Translations under genes and position numbers: made by a program | NCBI GenBank assembly: GCA_019828565.1 | Contig: JAHDYR010000017.1 | Span: forward strand, 1-64,000 | DNA length: 64,000 nucleotides | Reading direction: 5' to 3' | DNA from: Carpediemonas membranifera BICM | Lineage: Eukaryota; Protista; Fornicata | The notes under the pieces: model-generated | What the model saw: only the letters and a program-made list of their open reading frames with translations | Databases searched by the model: none | What the model was told of the DNA's origin: nothing | Shown here: positions 13,572-24,544 of the stretch, piece after piece | Layout of the letters: each line of letters starts with the position of its first letter | Position numbering within the stretch: position 1 is the first letter of the stretch

Positions 13572-13635
13572 AACAGCTCTAGCCCAATACAAAAACATGA
13601 GGGCTCGAAGTTTTGGCCTTCTCGGAAAAGGGTGG
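13572..13635. repeat. Subterminal direct repeat (second copy ~23630-23694)
   Basis: acagctctagcccaatacaaaaa(c/t)atgagggctcgaagttttggccttctc occurs near both ends of element B. Confidence 0.8.
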
Positions 13636-13911
13636 CGGAACGCTGCAACACTACAATGCTAATGGACAGAGGGGAGGAAGTGGTCCACTGGTATGTCCTA
13701 TGGGTCGCTTCTTCCCCTCTGTCCATTTTTTACACGATATCGATTTGCCGGATTTGACACATGTTGTGCGATCTTTAACTCCTCGCGTCCAAGCACCTCT
13801 CCCAAACGATCTGCAAGATCGACCAGCCCCTGGATCACTTGGGCCTGCCTCCGTGCCCGGCCTGTTGCGATCAATCATGTTGATTAATTGCAACGAACGC
13901 GATCACCGGAA

Positions 13912-16628
13912 ATGGCGACTTTGGCTTCCGAGACGGAGATTATTAATACAGTGCATGGCATTGTCATGTATTCAGGCGCATGCTCGCTCAAGGTTCTCTT
14001 GGCGGTGCTGGAAGCGAAGATTGTTACCAAATGTACAGTTTCCGGCCGTCCGCGTCTCGATGAGGCGTCTGTTCAAAGATTTTTGGACGTTTCGTTGGCT
14101 GTTTCTCGGAATCCGCGCTTCATTCTTACTCCTGCTCTTGAAACCGCTTTGGAGGCGAGAAATTTTCGTGGCGTCCAAAGATTTCTAAGCACAAAAATGT
14201 TGACCTCACTCTTGCAGCTTTCATCCCCAGTTCCCTCCAGTCAACGACAGTCACAGAGTTCTTGGAGGCATTTGCTGCGATAGCTTCGGTCGACTTAGGC
14301 GCCAATAAGTATGACCGCCTGCGTCGCGTTTATAATCACCTTTCACAGGCGATGAACGTCGCCGATCGAGTTCCACAACTCCCACCGGCGAAGCCCCTCA
14401 AGGATATTGGCCCGAGTCTTCTTGATTACGGCCCACTGAACCGAAATCTCCGCGATCCAGCCTTGGTCACTGATATGGCAGCATACACACCGGCCAGCCT
14501 TATCTTTGACGGATTTAGCGGCTTGTCTATGGTCAACCCTGATACTGCTGCGTTTTCTGGTCTCCCTGTGACTGTTGCGTCAGACAACAGCATAAAAATC
14601 GCTTGTCAGCAGGAGCAGACGACTTCCATCCTCAGCCTCTTCCGCACTGACGAATATTTGGTCTCTGAGCATGTTTTCCACCACGAGAAGTTCTCAGTAG
14701 GGGGTTCAGGTGTCCTTATTCTGTCGCCATACGAGGGTCAAATTGACGCAGTCTGCCAGCGTCTCTCAGCGAACGACGTCGTGTTCCGCCGGTATCATAA
14801 CAGTCGCCATGAGTATGCATCTAGCCTGACATACAACCTTCGGAAATGGATCATATTCGCTCTCGACAATCCCGCTTCAGTCGAACGTGCCAAAAACAGC
14901 TTCACTGTCGCGAAGACGGCAATGCGAAACTCGGTAGATTCCTCTTCTGCGAGTGTGAAGACGATCCAGCTATTTGTCTGGATTGACGGTTACCGCAAGG
15001 CCTCCACGGCGGTCAAGGTCAGACTCTATGACTCCTCCGGCAAAGTTCTCCCGCAGCTGATCACTCCTCCCTATACGATTTATCAGTACAGTGGAGATGA
15101 GGGTGACCTCCACAAACACTCAGCCGTCATCGAGAATCTCATCCGCCAGGCGACGACAATCTCTTACGATAAGTGTTTCATGATGCCCAACTGTACAGTT
15201 TAGGTGGAACTTACTGCGATACTGGCAGACCACAAGGCCATGCAGATCATCTGCGGGGTGAGCAAGGGCGGATACAGCAGGTCGCCGTTCTCGGCAATTG
15301 AATTTCCCCTTCTGCCAAGAAACCCGTACGATGCGTTCTGTAGCCGGCTGACTCTGGGACAGACCGTGCAGGGCCGAACCACCTTACTCAATGGTGAACA
15401 CCAGACGACCCTGTTTCATAGTCTGGATAATGGCCAGGTCCAGACACCACTATTCTGCCACTACGATAACGACACGAGACAATTTTACGTCAATTCTCCC
15501 AGTCTGAGTCAAGTCATCGTCTGCCCTCCAGTGATGCACGTCAGCCACGAGCTCATGAGGCAGATGTGGGTTCTACTGGAACGATTCACTCCAGCTGTTC
15601 GCGGCAACCACCTGCAGACCCATATCGATGCTGCCTTCACCCGCACGACGGGATGCAACGAACAGAGTTGGAATAGACACCGTCTTGCCGTTCTGTCCAA
15701 CGATTACCTCTACAGCTTTGATTAAACTCTCCGCCCCTTCATTCTGATCATCAGTCATCTCCAGGCTCTGCTCTACTCCAAGGCGCCCGTGACGGATTAT
15801 ACTGTTCGCAAGCTGTTTTTCATGGGGATGGTTACTTTCTACTTCTTCCATGTCTCGACCCTGGTCTTACCGACTGCCCAGCAGCCTCGGAACCGCAACA
15901 ACCATGACGCCCAGGAACCTGAAGCCGGTAGAGATGTTCGGCAGAAGCCCTACCTCCGCTACGACACGGGCGATTTTGCAGGGTCGTTATACATGCACGA
16001 CCTGATTGCAGTTTTGCCAGAAGTGTGCCACAGGCTGCGCATTCCACTCTTCAATCTCCTGGAGGAGTACTTCGAGCGAGACTTTTTGCTCGACGCAATT
16101 GTTCACAGAGAGAAGCATCGTGTGAGAACGCTGCTGTACAACTGTCAGAAGCTGCAGGTCAGGCGGTTGACAGCCTTTATCACTGGCGTTCGGACGTCTC
16201 GAAAGCACACAGACGTTGCGCCACTGCAGACTCACGTCAACCGGATTCGTCTTCACAAATGTCTGTGGGATGCCAGTTCTGCATTCAGCTGGCGAAACCG
16301 CATGTTTGGGACTTCCAAAGAGGTGAATGACAATTTCAAAGGTTCCGTTCAGGACACTCTAGCAGCTTTACGTGACGGTCTTCAGCAGCATCTCAACAAT
16401 GCCGTCCCTGACTCGTTTATAACTGATGGTGACTATCTCACATGCGTTGTAGGAGACCACCATGATGAGAACTCTACTTGTACAGTCTGTATCTGCCAAC
16501 GTCCATCTGATCCTGGGGTGCGGCCCGACGCACGGCAGTCACGCCAACAGCAAGCCGACCTTGATCAACGTCGCGCGTTGATTTCAGACGATGAGATCCA
16601 ATTTCAGCAGCGGAGGGCACGGATGTAG
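13912..16628 (+). pseudogene. DDE transposase copy 2 (frameshift ~14250; in-frame stops at 15201 and 15723)
   Basis: WIDGYRKASTAVK, ADHKAMQIICG, PPVMHVSH, TRTTGCNEQ, LYMHDLIAVLPE, LLEEYFERDF. Confidence 0.75.
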
Positions 16629-16774
16629 TATTTCTATCCAGTCCAGAGGGTGAGAACGAAGTAAAAGTTTGATTGACACGAAAATGCACGTATCTCGAAC
16701 CACGAAGATGTAGTATGGTGACCTTTTAACGCACAGAGTAGACTGAAACTTCCCACTTGGCGCAGCTGGCCACA

Positions 16775-17414
16775 AATTGTTCTGATTTCATTTAGTGTGC
16801 ACTTTAGGGGATAGTTTCATTGCAACGCCAAAATGGCGAGTTCAGGTTGTAGCAATGATCTGATGCGCGGAATGTACTAGAAAACATTGCAATTACAACG
16901 CAAAGCAGCGAAAAGCGGAGAAATCAACATCAATAACAACATCAACACCAAAAGAACAGTATCCCAAAGAGTTGTGGGCGTTGCTGCGCCAAAGAGCAAT
17001 AAATGACCACAAAGCATTCGCTTATGCACAATTAGCTGCCAGAAAGAACACTACACCGTTACTTTGGATCATTCCAGTTCGCCGGAGATGACGCAGGTCC
17101 AGAACGCTGCCTTGGAGGGCTGGTGAAGCGGTAGTGTAGCGCTTACTCGCCAAGCGGGCGATGGTCTCGACGGGACGGTTGACGGTCTCAAGGTGGCCCT
17201 GCTCTTCGACGTACCAGGCGGACATGCCGATGACGGAGCGGCGCTGACCCTGGCGGACGTTATCCTCGCCCTGGGTGAAGCTGTTCTTGCCGCAGTACAC
17301 GTCGATACCGATGGTGAGGCAGGGCTGTAGCATGGAGGCCGATAAACCATAAACTGCACGGATCCACAAACGTGGATTGGCCTGAACGACAGCGCTGATG
17401 CCCAGACAGGCATA
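16775..17414. repeat. Block X repeat (copies 44199-44720 and 46617-47235) with a PIWI-like fragment and the core palindrome
   Basis: Near-identical copies; minus-strand LTIGIDVYC...RRSVIGMSA. Confidence 0.85.
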
Positions 17415-18075
17415 CCGTCGGTTGTCCATAGCACGTAGCAGTCAACTACCTGCCAATTGTATCAGTCTCCAGCCATAAGTTCAAAGCATGGCCACCTATA
17501 CGGCAGCCAGAGCCGATCCACATTTGTGGATTCAGCTAAACCGGGCATGCCACAACACTGCATCTAGTCCCAATACACGCGTGTATATACGCTAGAGAGG
17601 GCCGCATTTGGCCTTAGGAAACGGCTATGGGGTACAGCTTTTTAATCCTTAAAGTGCGTTGCATCGATGCAACAAGCAACTACCTCAAACGTGCGAGCTA
17701 CCATCGATTTCTTGGCACCAACACGACACATTGAAGTAAGATAACTACGCGGTCAGCTATGAGCACACTAAACAACATCACTGTGCCAAAATACATCTTT
17801 GGACATCAGGCATGCCACAGAACATGTAAGCAACATCAAACCCGCCTAATTCCAGCTCATTTAGTCAATAAACACATCAACACATTCCAATATCTCCTCA
17901 TGATGCGCCAGATGGCAAGTGACTCTGGCCTGCTCCTCCGGTGAATGACAATGCAGAAGTCTGGCTGTGGACTTGAGTCAGTCGGACGTGCCGGCCTGCA
18001 TGCTTCCTTGCGTTGTATGTAGATGTGGTCTGTTAGCCTGTTGCTCGGGTGGTTAACAAGGGTGAGTGAATAAAA
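17415..18075. repeat. Block P direct repeat, copy 1
   Basis: Near-identical to 20836-21500; the two copies flank SET, partner and the 428-aa gene; palindrome variant at 17516. Confidence 0.92.
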
Positions 18076-18159
18076 CTGGTTCTGAAGTCTGAGTAGCATG
18101 TTGAGAGAGCCCCAAAGGCCAGAGCCTTGACAGAGCTCATGAATCTACTATGATGCTTT

Positions 18160-19005
18160 TTACTCCAAGTATTCGAGAGCCAAACGACGGGCCTGATCAA
18201 CATCGAAGATAGTGGAACCCCGAATCATCAGCTCAAATGCTGCAACATCAAGGGGATAATGACGATGCTCTCCTTCCCAATACGAAGGCGCGTATGCCAT
18301 AGAAAGGAACTCGTAAGGCCGTGTGTTCCTGATGCATTGAAGGGCAAGAAGAGGAAGCGGCACCGTGTCATCATCGACCTGAACCTGCACCTTAATGCAG
18401 CGGACTTGTACATTTGTCACGATTGGGTTATCGTTCACCATGTGAATTCCGTGCTTGGTAGGGTCGCCACGAACCATGAAATCACTGGAGCCAAGGGGAA
18501 GCTCAAAGTCATGCTGCCCAATCTGAAGTTCAGGGGTAATAGCACAGACTTTTCCCGCGTATATACCGACGAAGTCGTTGACATTCATCGCATGTGGGGA
18601 TACAACCCCGAGGCCGCATGCATCACCACAGATCGAATGCTGCTCAGTAAGAACAAGCCTCTTGCTGACACTGACACCAATTTCATTCAGTTTCAGTCCA
18701 GAATAGTCATAAGACAGCTTAGACGTGTTCAATGATAGAAATTTGTTCCTGTCTGCTTCATTCAGCTCTGAAAGGTTCATGAACTGATTGTAAACATCCA
18801 GCGACCAATAGCGATCACTCTCAACCTTTGAACTCACGTCTGGTATGGTATAATCAATTGGCATGCTCACGACCAAACTGTGTAAACTGCACGTACAATG
18901 AGCAATCATCAGAAACAATTGTTTGAGCATTACTACAAGCTGTGGTGCATGTTGAATGTAGACAGGATCAAAGCTTTCAACCAAGGAATGGAAAGAGTCC
19001 GTCAA
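18160..19005 (-). CDS. SET-domain protein (putative lysine methyltransferase); true start probably ~18864
   Basis: GLGVVS..FVGIYAGKV, HMVNDNP..NV, EFLSMAY..SYW correspond to SET motifs, with NDN in place of NHS. Confidence 0.8.
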   Translation of the reverse strand: MTDSFHSLVESFDPVYIQHAPQLVVMLKQLFLMIAHCTCSLHSLVVSMPIDYTIPDVSSKVESDRYWSLDVYNQFMNLSELNEADRNKFLSLNTSKLSYDYSGLKLNEIGVSVSKRLVLTEQHSICGDACGLGVVSPHAMNVNDFVGIYAGKVCAITPELQIGQHDFELPLGSSDFMVRGDPTKHGIHMVNDNPIVTNVQVRCIKVQVQVDDDTVPLPLLALQCIRNTRPYEFLSMAYAPSYWEGEHRHYPLDVAAFELMIRGSTIFDVDQARRLALEYLE

Positions 19006-19461
19006 AATTGCGCGGAAGCGTTTGCTTCATATTGGCTCACCACTGATCAAGCTAGAACGGTCTTTTTCGCAAAAACTGATGAGCTTCGGGAATCATGGAG
19101 TGATGGCATTGTGCACTCGACATTTTCAGACATTAGCGATGATGCCATCGATTCTTCAACATCAAAGATTTCCCGTCAGCTCCAGCTGCTACGCTGGAAG
19201 AAGGTTGGCCTACGAGTCGGAAAGAAAGACTTGGCAACCTATATCCATGCTTCCTTCGACTTCGAGGCTTCCCTCTTCGATCGATGGTGTGCCTATGTTT
19301 TGGCGACATTCTCGAATGAGTTTAGCATATGGTTCAAGGCTCTGAGTGAAGATCGCATTAGTGACTCCGAGTTCCACAAATACATCCTCTTTCGCATGAA
19401 CAACAATTCGGAGAATAAGAGTGTTCCTCCGCACTGCACTCTTATCTTTAAATTTGACTGA
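18898..19461 (+). CDS. SET-partner protein, unknown function
   Basis: Homologous to 35660-36262 (FEH, WLTT, ESW/YxDG, NEFxxWxKAL); head-to-head with SET in both loci. Confidence 0.75.
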   Translation: MSNHQKQLFEHYYKLWCMLNVDRIKAFNQGMERVRQNCAEAFASYWLTTDQARTVFFAKTDELRESWSDGIVHSTFSDISDDAIDSSTSKISRQLQLLRWKKVGLRVGKKDLATYIHASFDFEASLFDRWCAYVLATFSNEFSIWFKALSEDRISDSEFHKYILFRMNNNSENKSVPPHCTLIFKFD

Positions 19462-19468
19462 TTCTTCT

Positions 19469-20755
19469 TTACTCCAACTGTGCTCGCTTCCCATCATCAT
19501 CGCCTGACTCCGTCACGTTGCCTTTCCGCTTGCCAGACCCACTTCTCTCTTCACATTCCGTCTCGGGCGATGGCTTGACATACGTCAGGGAGTTCGTCTC
19601 CACAGAAAGCGCAAACATTTGCTCCATCATCGATAGCCTGTCTGTGTCAGTTACTCCATCCTTCAGTTCCTGCATGAGTGCTGCACGCGTTCCTCCCTCG
19701 CTGTTATATGCCATGAAGAAGCTCTCCAAGACCATGTTTGCCAACTCTCTCGCATCACCCGTGTCCCTGGGAATCAAACCAGCCTCCAGGAACTTGCCGA
19801 AGTCGGCGTATGTCAGCAACATCATGCCGATGATGATGTGGCTTCGTTCTATGCTCTTCACACCCATATTCGTGGCATGTTTCTGTACATCATTATAGAA
19901 GCTTGACTTGTTAGTCCTGCGAGTGCGGGTTGTGCAGTAACTCTGGTTACGGCTGATGAACTCGCTGCGTTGTTTTTCGGCCATCTTAGTCAGTTCAGCT
20001 GTTGGAGCAATTATCGGGTCCACAGTAAACTTATCCTTCGCTATATAGTCATACAGAGTTAGGTTATACGCAACGTAAATACGCATCACCGTGAGGTTCT
20101 CTTCAGAGAGGCTGTCGGCAATATGGTTGAGTGACGCCAGGGAAGTTTGCATGTCCCCCAGCCGATTCACACGCTCGACTGACCTCTCTAGTGAAGGCAA
20201 TCTAGCTTTGATCGTCTTGAGATACTTCTGGAGGAACGCACTTCTCTCCACCGGCAAGGCAGCATCATCGGGATGGACAATCTCTGACGGAAAAGTTAGC
20301 TTCTGGGTCTTCCTTGCCGAAAGTAGCCGACGCTTGTGGGCCTTCTTTGTCTTATGCGAGCTTGATGCGCTGGTTACGGGTGGCTCATCCTCTTCTCCGT
20401 CGTGCACTTCGACAATCTTCATTGTTTCCTCGCGATCGCCCGAATACAATGCATCCATCTTCTCTAGCGCTTCTGGATCCTCGTTGAGCACTTCCCGCTC
20501 CAACAAAAGGAAGGACCGCAAGAACTCGGTGTGAATAGTCTTGGAGTATGCCCTTCCGTGGCGCTCGCCTCTTATGGATTGCGAGGATCCCCGAAGAACA
20601 TCGACTGCGGCGAGCATTGTCATGAGATACCGCAAATGCTCAGAGGATGAGTGCTTTCCTGTGAAGACATCCATTTCGTCCATAAACTGCGGCAAAACAA
20701 GGTGAAGCATGCTTACGACCGCGTTGATGTCCATACAGGTGTCAGACTGACCCAC
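19469..20755 (-). CDS. Family F hypothetical protein (428 aa)
   Basis: Long ORF; homologous to 53515-54665 and 46245-46616 (AAV/IE..RG, FYN, ADF..L...IP.D). Confidence 0.75.
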   Translation of the reverse strand: MGQSDTCMDINAVVSMLHLVLPQFMDEMDVFTGKHSSSEHLRYLMTMLAAVDVLRGSSQSIRGERHGRAYSKTIHTEFLRSFLLLEREVLNEDPEALEKMDALYSGDREETMKIVEVHDGEEDEPPVTSASSSHKTKKAHKRRLLSARKTQKLTFPSEIVHPDDAALPVERSAFLQKYLKTIKARLPSLERSVERVNRLGDMQTSLASLNHIADSLSEENLTVMRIYVAYNLTLYDYIAKDKFTVDPIIAPTAELTKMAEKQRSEFISRNQSYCTTRTRRTNKSSFYNDVQKHATNMGVKSIERSHIIIGMMLLTYADFGKFLEAGLIPRDTGDARELANMVLESFFMAYNSEGGTRAALMQELKDGVTDTDRLSMMEQMFALSVETNSLTYVKPSPETECEERSGSGKRKGNVTESGDDDGKRAQLE

Positions 20756-20835
20756 GATTATTGTCTAAGCTCATGCACAGCCCCAAGCCCCAGGGAGCGC
20801 CTGTCTGTTGCGAAGCGAGCCCTGCCAGTGAATGG

Positions 20836-21500
20836 CCGTCGGTTGTCCATATGAGCACGTACCAGTCAACTACCTGCCAATTGTATCAGTCTCCAGCCAT
20901 AAGTCCAAAGCATGGCCACCTATACGGCAGCCAGAGCCGATCCACATTTGTGGATTCAGCTAAACCGGGCATGCCACAACACTGCATCTAGTCCCAATAC
21001 ACGCGTGTATATACGCTAGAGAGGGCCGCATTTGGCCTTAGGAAACGGCTATGGGGTACAGCTTTTTAATCCTTAAAGTGCGTTGCATCGATGCAACAAG
21101 CAACTACCTCAAACGTGCGAGCTACCATCGATTTCTTGGCACCAACACGACACATTGAAGTCAAGATAACTACGCGGTCAGCTATGAGCACACTAAACAA
21201 CATCACTGTGCCAAAATACATCTTTGGACATCAGGCATGCCACAGAACATGTAAGCAACATCAAACCCGCCTAATTCCAGCTCATTTAGTCAATAAACAC
21301 ATCAACACATTCCAATATCTCCTCATGATGCGCCAGATGGCAAGTGACTCTGGCCTGCTCCTCCGGTGAATGACAATGCAGAAGTCTGGCTGTGGACTTG
21401 AGTCAGTCGGACGTGCCGGCCTGCATGCTTCCTTGCGTTGTATGTAGATGTGGTCTGTTAGCCTGTTGCTCGGGTGGTTAACAAGGGTGAGTGAATAAAA
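20836..21500. repeat. Block P direct repeat, copy 2
   Basis: See 17415-18075; palindrome at 20940. Confidence 0.92.
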
Positions 21501-21819
21501 GTGTGTTGAGGAAGTACGATCATGTGCTCGAGAACACCTCCCCCAACATTACCCTTCAGGACGTCGCATCCTTTGCCTACAACGCCTCCCATCTTTATTC
21601 AGCTGGGCCAGCCCCATCAGATTGATGACCCGCCACCCATGGCCATGATGGTCGGCAAGACCCTGCCCCACACTACCGTGAGTTCCCTCTCTACCGCGGC
21701 CTCAAGTTCATCTAGAGAGTCTCCCGGCCACCATCGGTCCATAAGGTACAGGTCTCGCATGAGCCCCCGCACAGTATCAAATCTGCGGCATAAACTTACA
21801 ATATGTCATTCATTGACCT

Positions 21820-22950
21820 TTATTGATTCGAATCACTGTTATCCTCGGCATCAGCTGTATCAAAATGCTTCATCATGTCACGGAAGTGCGAGAGATCGAA
21901 TACCTCCCCTTCCTGATGCAGTGACTTATAGCAAGAAATGCAGATAGGGCCTCTCTCAGAGGGACGACCCATAAGGTCGGGGCCAGACTCAAACTTATTA
22001 AAGGCGATGTGGTCCTTGCAGAAGTATGCATGGCAGTACATGCACATGAAAGAGTTGACACCGTTCGCGGAGATATCAGTCTCACAGCCTCCCTTCATGC
22101 ATATAGTCTGCTTCTCAGCGTTTGAACAGAGCTCACAGACGGTGAACGTCTTGTCATTGTTGTTCTTGTCCTTGCGAGTGACCGTCGAAAAGCTATCATC
22201 CTCACAGATTCTGTGGACGAACCTGTGGCAGAAGTCGCACTCTAAGACAGTTTCGTCTGTTCTACCGTCAACGAAGAAGAGGCCACGTAAGTCTGCGCAG
22301 TAAGGGCAACACTTGCGGAGGCTGTTCTTCCACATCTTGGCAGTGGTGCCCATAAAGTATTCCGCGTCGGAAGCGCCTGGCTTCGTGTTCCTAAACTGCT
22401 CAGTCATGTGGTTCACGGCCTCAATCATCTCAGCGACGTTGGCACCGTTGACTGACGAAGCTTGCATTGCACGCGTGGAGTCAACGGACATAGTGGGCTG
22501 CTCAGCGGTCTGAACAGTGGGGTGGGGGGTGGGGACGGCAGGATTGCGGCGCGGCTGGCACACCCGGAAGGCTCTTTGGGAGCTGTCGAGCTTGGAATTT
22601 CGCAAATGATCAGTTTCAGCGTCAGTGAGAGTTACAAGCTGGCTGAGTCCGGCTATCAATGCGGCACGCCCTGTATCTGTCGCGTGAATTCCTTGGTAGA
22701 TGCCCTTCGTGTTAGGAGAGAGTTTGCGGCCAGCAAGGTTCTCGATAGCCTTGGGTACTGACCTCATGAAGTCCTGCTTACGCGGCATGCGCTCTAGAAC
22801 AGTTTTTGGGAGGATTGCAAGGATTGCATCCGCGATGGAGCGACAATCGCATTTCGTGCTTCTCTCTTCCCAACGATAGCATGTTGCGATGATTGTGTGC
22901 ACAATATCACGCACAGTATCTCTTGAAAGCCGCTCCTGGTCTTCTACCAT
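21820..22950 (-). CDS. PHD-finger protein with a second Zn finger
   Basis: CPYC..CDFC...H..C..CELC (C4HC3), then CMYC...FC..H..CISC; homolog of 38874-40061. Confidence 0.8.
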   Translation of the reverse strand: MVEDQERLSRDTVRDIVHTIIATCYRWEERSTKCDCRSIADAILAILPKTVLERMPRKQDFMRSVPKAIENLAGRKLSPNTKGIYQGIHATDTGRAALIAGLSQLVTLTDAETDHLRNSKLDSSQRAFRVCQPRRNPAVPTPHPTVQTAEQPTMSVDSTRAMQASSVNGANVAEMIEAVNHMTEQFRNTKPGASDAEYFMGTTAKMWKNSLRKCCPYCADLRGLFFVDGRTDETVLECDFCHRFVHRICEDDSFSTVTRKDKNNNDKTFTVCELCSNAEKQTICMKGGCETDISANGVNSFMCMYCHAYFCKDHIAFNKFESGPDLMGRPSERGPICISCYKSLHQEGEVFDLSHFRDMMKHFDTADAEDNSDSNQ

Positions 22951-23002
22951 ACTGCCCCACTTTTGTGGGGGTGTAAAAACTGAGTGCAGTTTTAAGTTGG
23001 AA

Positions 23003-23218
23003 ATGGAATCCTACAGGTATAGAGACTATTACGAAGAGATAGGAACCGTTATAGCTGCAATTGATGCAATATCAGCACATCCAGAACTGTGGGCGGTAGC
23101 AGAGCGTGTTGGAATGGATAGATTAGCAAGAGCGAAGGACTTACTCAATATAGAGCAAGAAAGGGCCAAATGCGGGATTCCGCCATCAAGTTCAGAAGAG
23201 TACAGTGATTCACAGTAA
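23003..23218 (+). CDS. 71-aa subterminal protein
   Basis: ATG-initiated ORF divergent from the PHD gene; similar to 2586-2747. Confidence 0.45.
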   Translation: MESYRYRDYYEEIGTVIAAIDAISAHPELWAVAERVGMDRLARAKDLLNIEQERAKCGIPPSSSEEYSDSQ

Positions 23219-23730
23219 ACCGTAGCGATCTATTGAGTTATATTCAGTTCTGGCCATGTTCGGCTTTTCCGGAATGTCAAAAATTTGACACGTCCATTTC
23301 TCCAAATTGCTGATTGCCAACGCTAGACCAGACATGCCAGGCTGTAGTACACGTGCTATACTACAACGTGGTGGTTCTGGTTTGCCGTTGGCAATCAGCA
23401 ATTTCGAGAACAGACAAACTTCTTTTGCGATTTTTGCAACTTCTGGAGCATATATCATTTGGTACAGACCCAGCCACGCAATAAAAACGCATAGCGTGGC
23501 TTACCATGGTCGGAACTATCTTAGAAAAGTTTGCGGTAAATATTGAGTAAATATTTGATATAGATCTCGAGATTTAATGTCCCTTAGGTAGCCCTTGGAT
23601 GCAAACATCCGCCCAGTAAATTTCGCTGTACAGCTCTAGCCCAATACAAAAATATGAGGGCTCGAAGTTTTGGCCTTCTCAGAAAAAGGTGGCAGTATAC
23701 TGCTACTTTTCTTTGCTTGAGTAGCTGTAT

Positions 23731-23752
23731 TACACCCCCTCCAGACAGCATG
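23731..23752 (-). repeat. Right TIR of element B
   Basis: TACACCCCCTCCAGACAGCATG followed by the AA TSD. Confidence 0.95.
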
Positions 23753-24544
23753 AAGAGCTCCTACGCATCGGAATGGAGCACGAGAGCGACGAACCAGATC
23801 AAGAGATGCATGAGTAACGAGCCATACCAAAGCAGTGGAGGGAAGAGTGCAGAGTCTAAAGGGATGTGTATATATAGCACGTTAGTGTAGGACTAGGTGA
23901 AGTGAAGGCGCCGGAATAGGTGCAGCGTTGGAGCCCGCCAGAAGGGCTGTACTGGCGCCAATGCCCGGGTGACTTTTCTTTTCTTAAAACCCCTGTTCCC
24001 CGCAGGGACCGGGGGGCGGGTAAGAGGCAGTTGGAACGCCATCGAGGACCCGCCTGTCCGGCAGGCTGGAACTCCAGCCTTGGGAGGGGCGCCGAAAGGA
24101 GTCGCTCCCACCTATGCGTAGTTAGGTAACGATGCTGCCAATGTGCGAGGCCAGAAGCGCTATAGAGACTGGCACGAAAGTCCCGACAAGCACCGCGAGG
24201 GCGCGGCCAGTGAAAGGGGTGGTACACCCTAGGTCAGCTCCAAGAGGGAACCTGGGCCACGTCTGGGGACTCTGGAGGAAGCAGCCGTTCTGGCCAAGCA
24301 CCCCATGTGAATGGCGCATGCTTCTGGGTCCTGGAGAAATATCAAGGGCAAAGAAGACGCCTACCCGGGCCGCCCACCAACAACCCACAGGGCGGGAAGC
24401 GGCCCACCCAACGTGCTAAACAACGACGACATAGGCGCTCACCCATTGGGAAGGCAACTATGCAGATGCTAAACCCCAACAACAAGATGAAAGTGTGCAG
24501 GTAGTGCAGAATAAGGAGTGCAGGTTAAGGCAGTAACAACCTGA

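Larger units (their letters stand above)
12714..23752 (+). mobile_element. Element B: 11,039-bp TIR DNA transposon with SET/PHD cargo
   Basis: Perfect 22-bp TIRs and AA 2-bp TSD; excision restores the host ORF in frame; encodes a transposase paralog. Confidence 0.93.

Noticed and set aside
15201-15725. In-frame TAG/TAA in transposase 2 (the TAA aligns with Gln in copy 1), suggesting a UAR=Gln genetic code
   Set aside because: SET paralogs end in TAA and TAG at equivalent positions, many other genes end in TAA, and long ORFs lack internal TAR; C-to-T decay is simpler. A codon-alignment test on host genes would settle it.
17516-17567. Helitron 3' end (hairpin plus CTAG)
   Set aside because: CTAG is ~30 nt from the hairpin, homology continues past it, other copies lack it, and there is no Rep/helicase gene
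17415-21500. Block P repeats as LTRs
   Set aside because: No TG...CA ends, TSD, PBS/PPT or gag-pol between them
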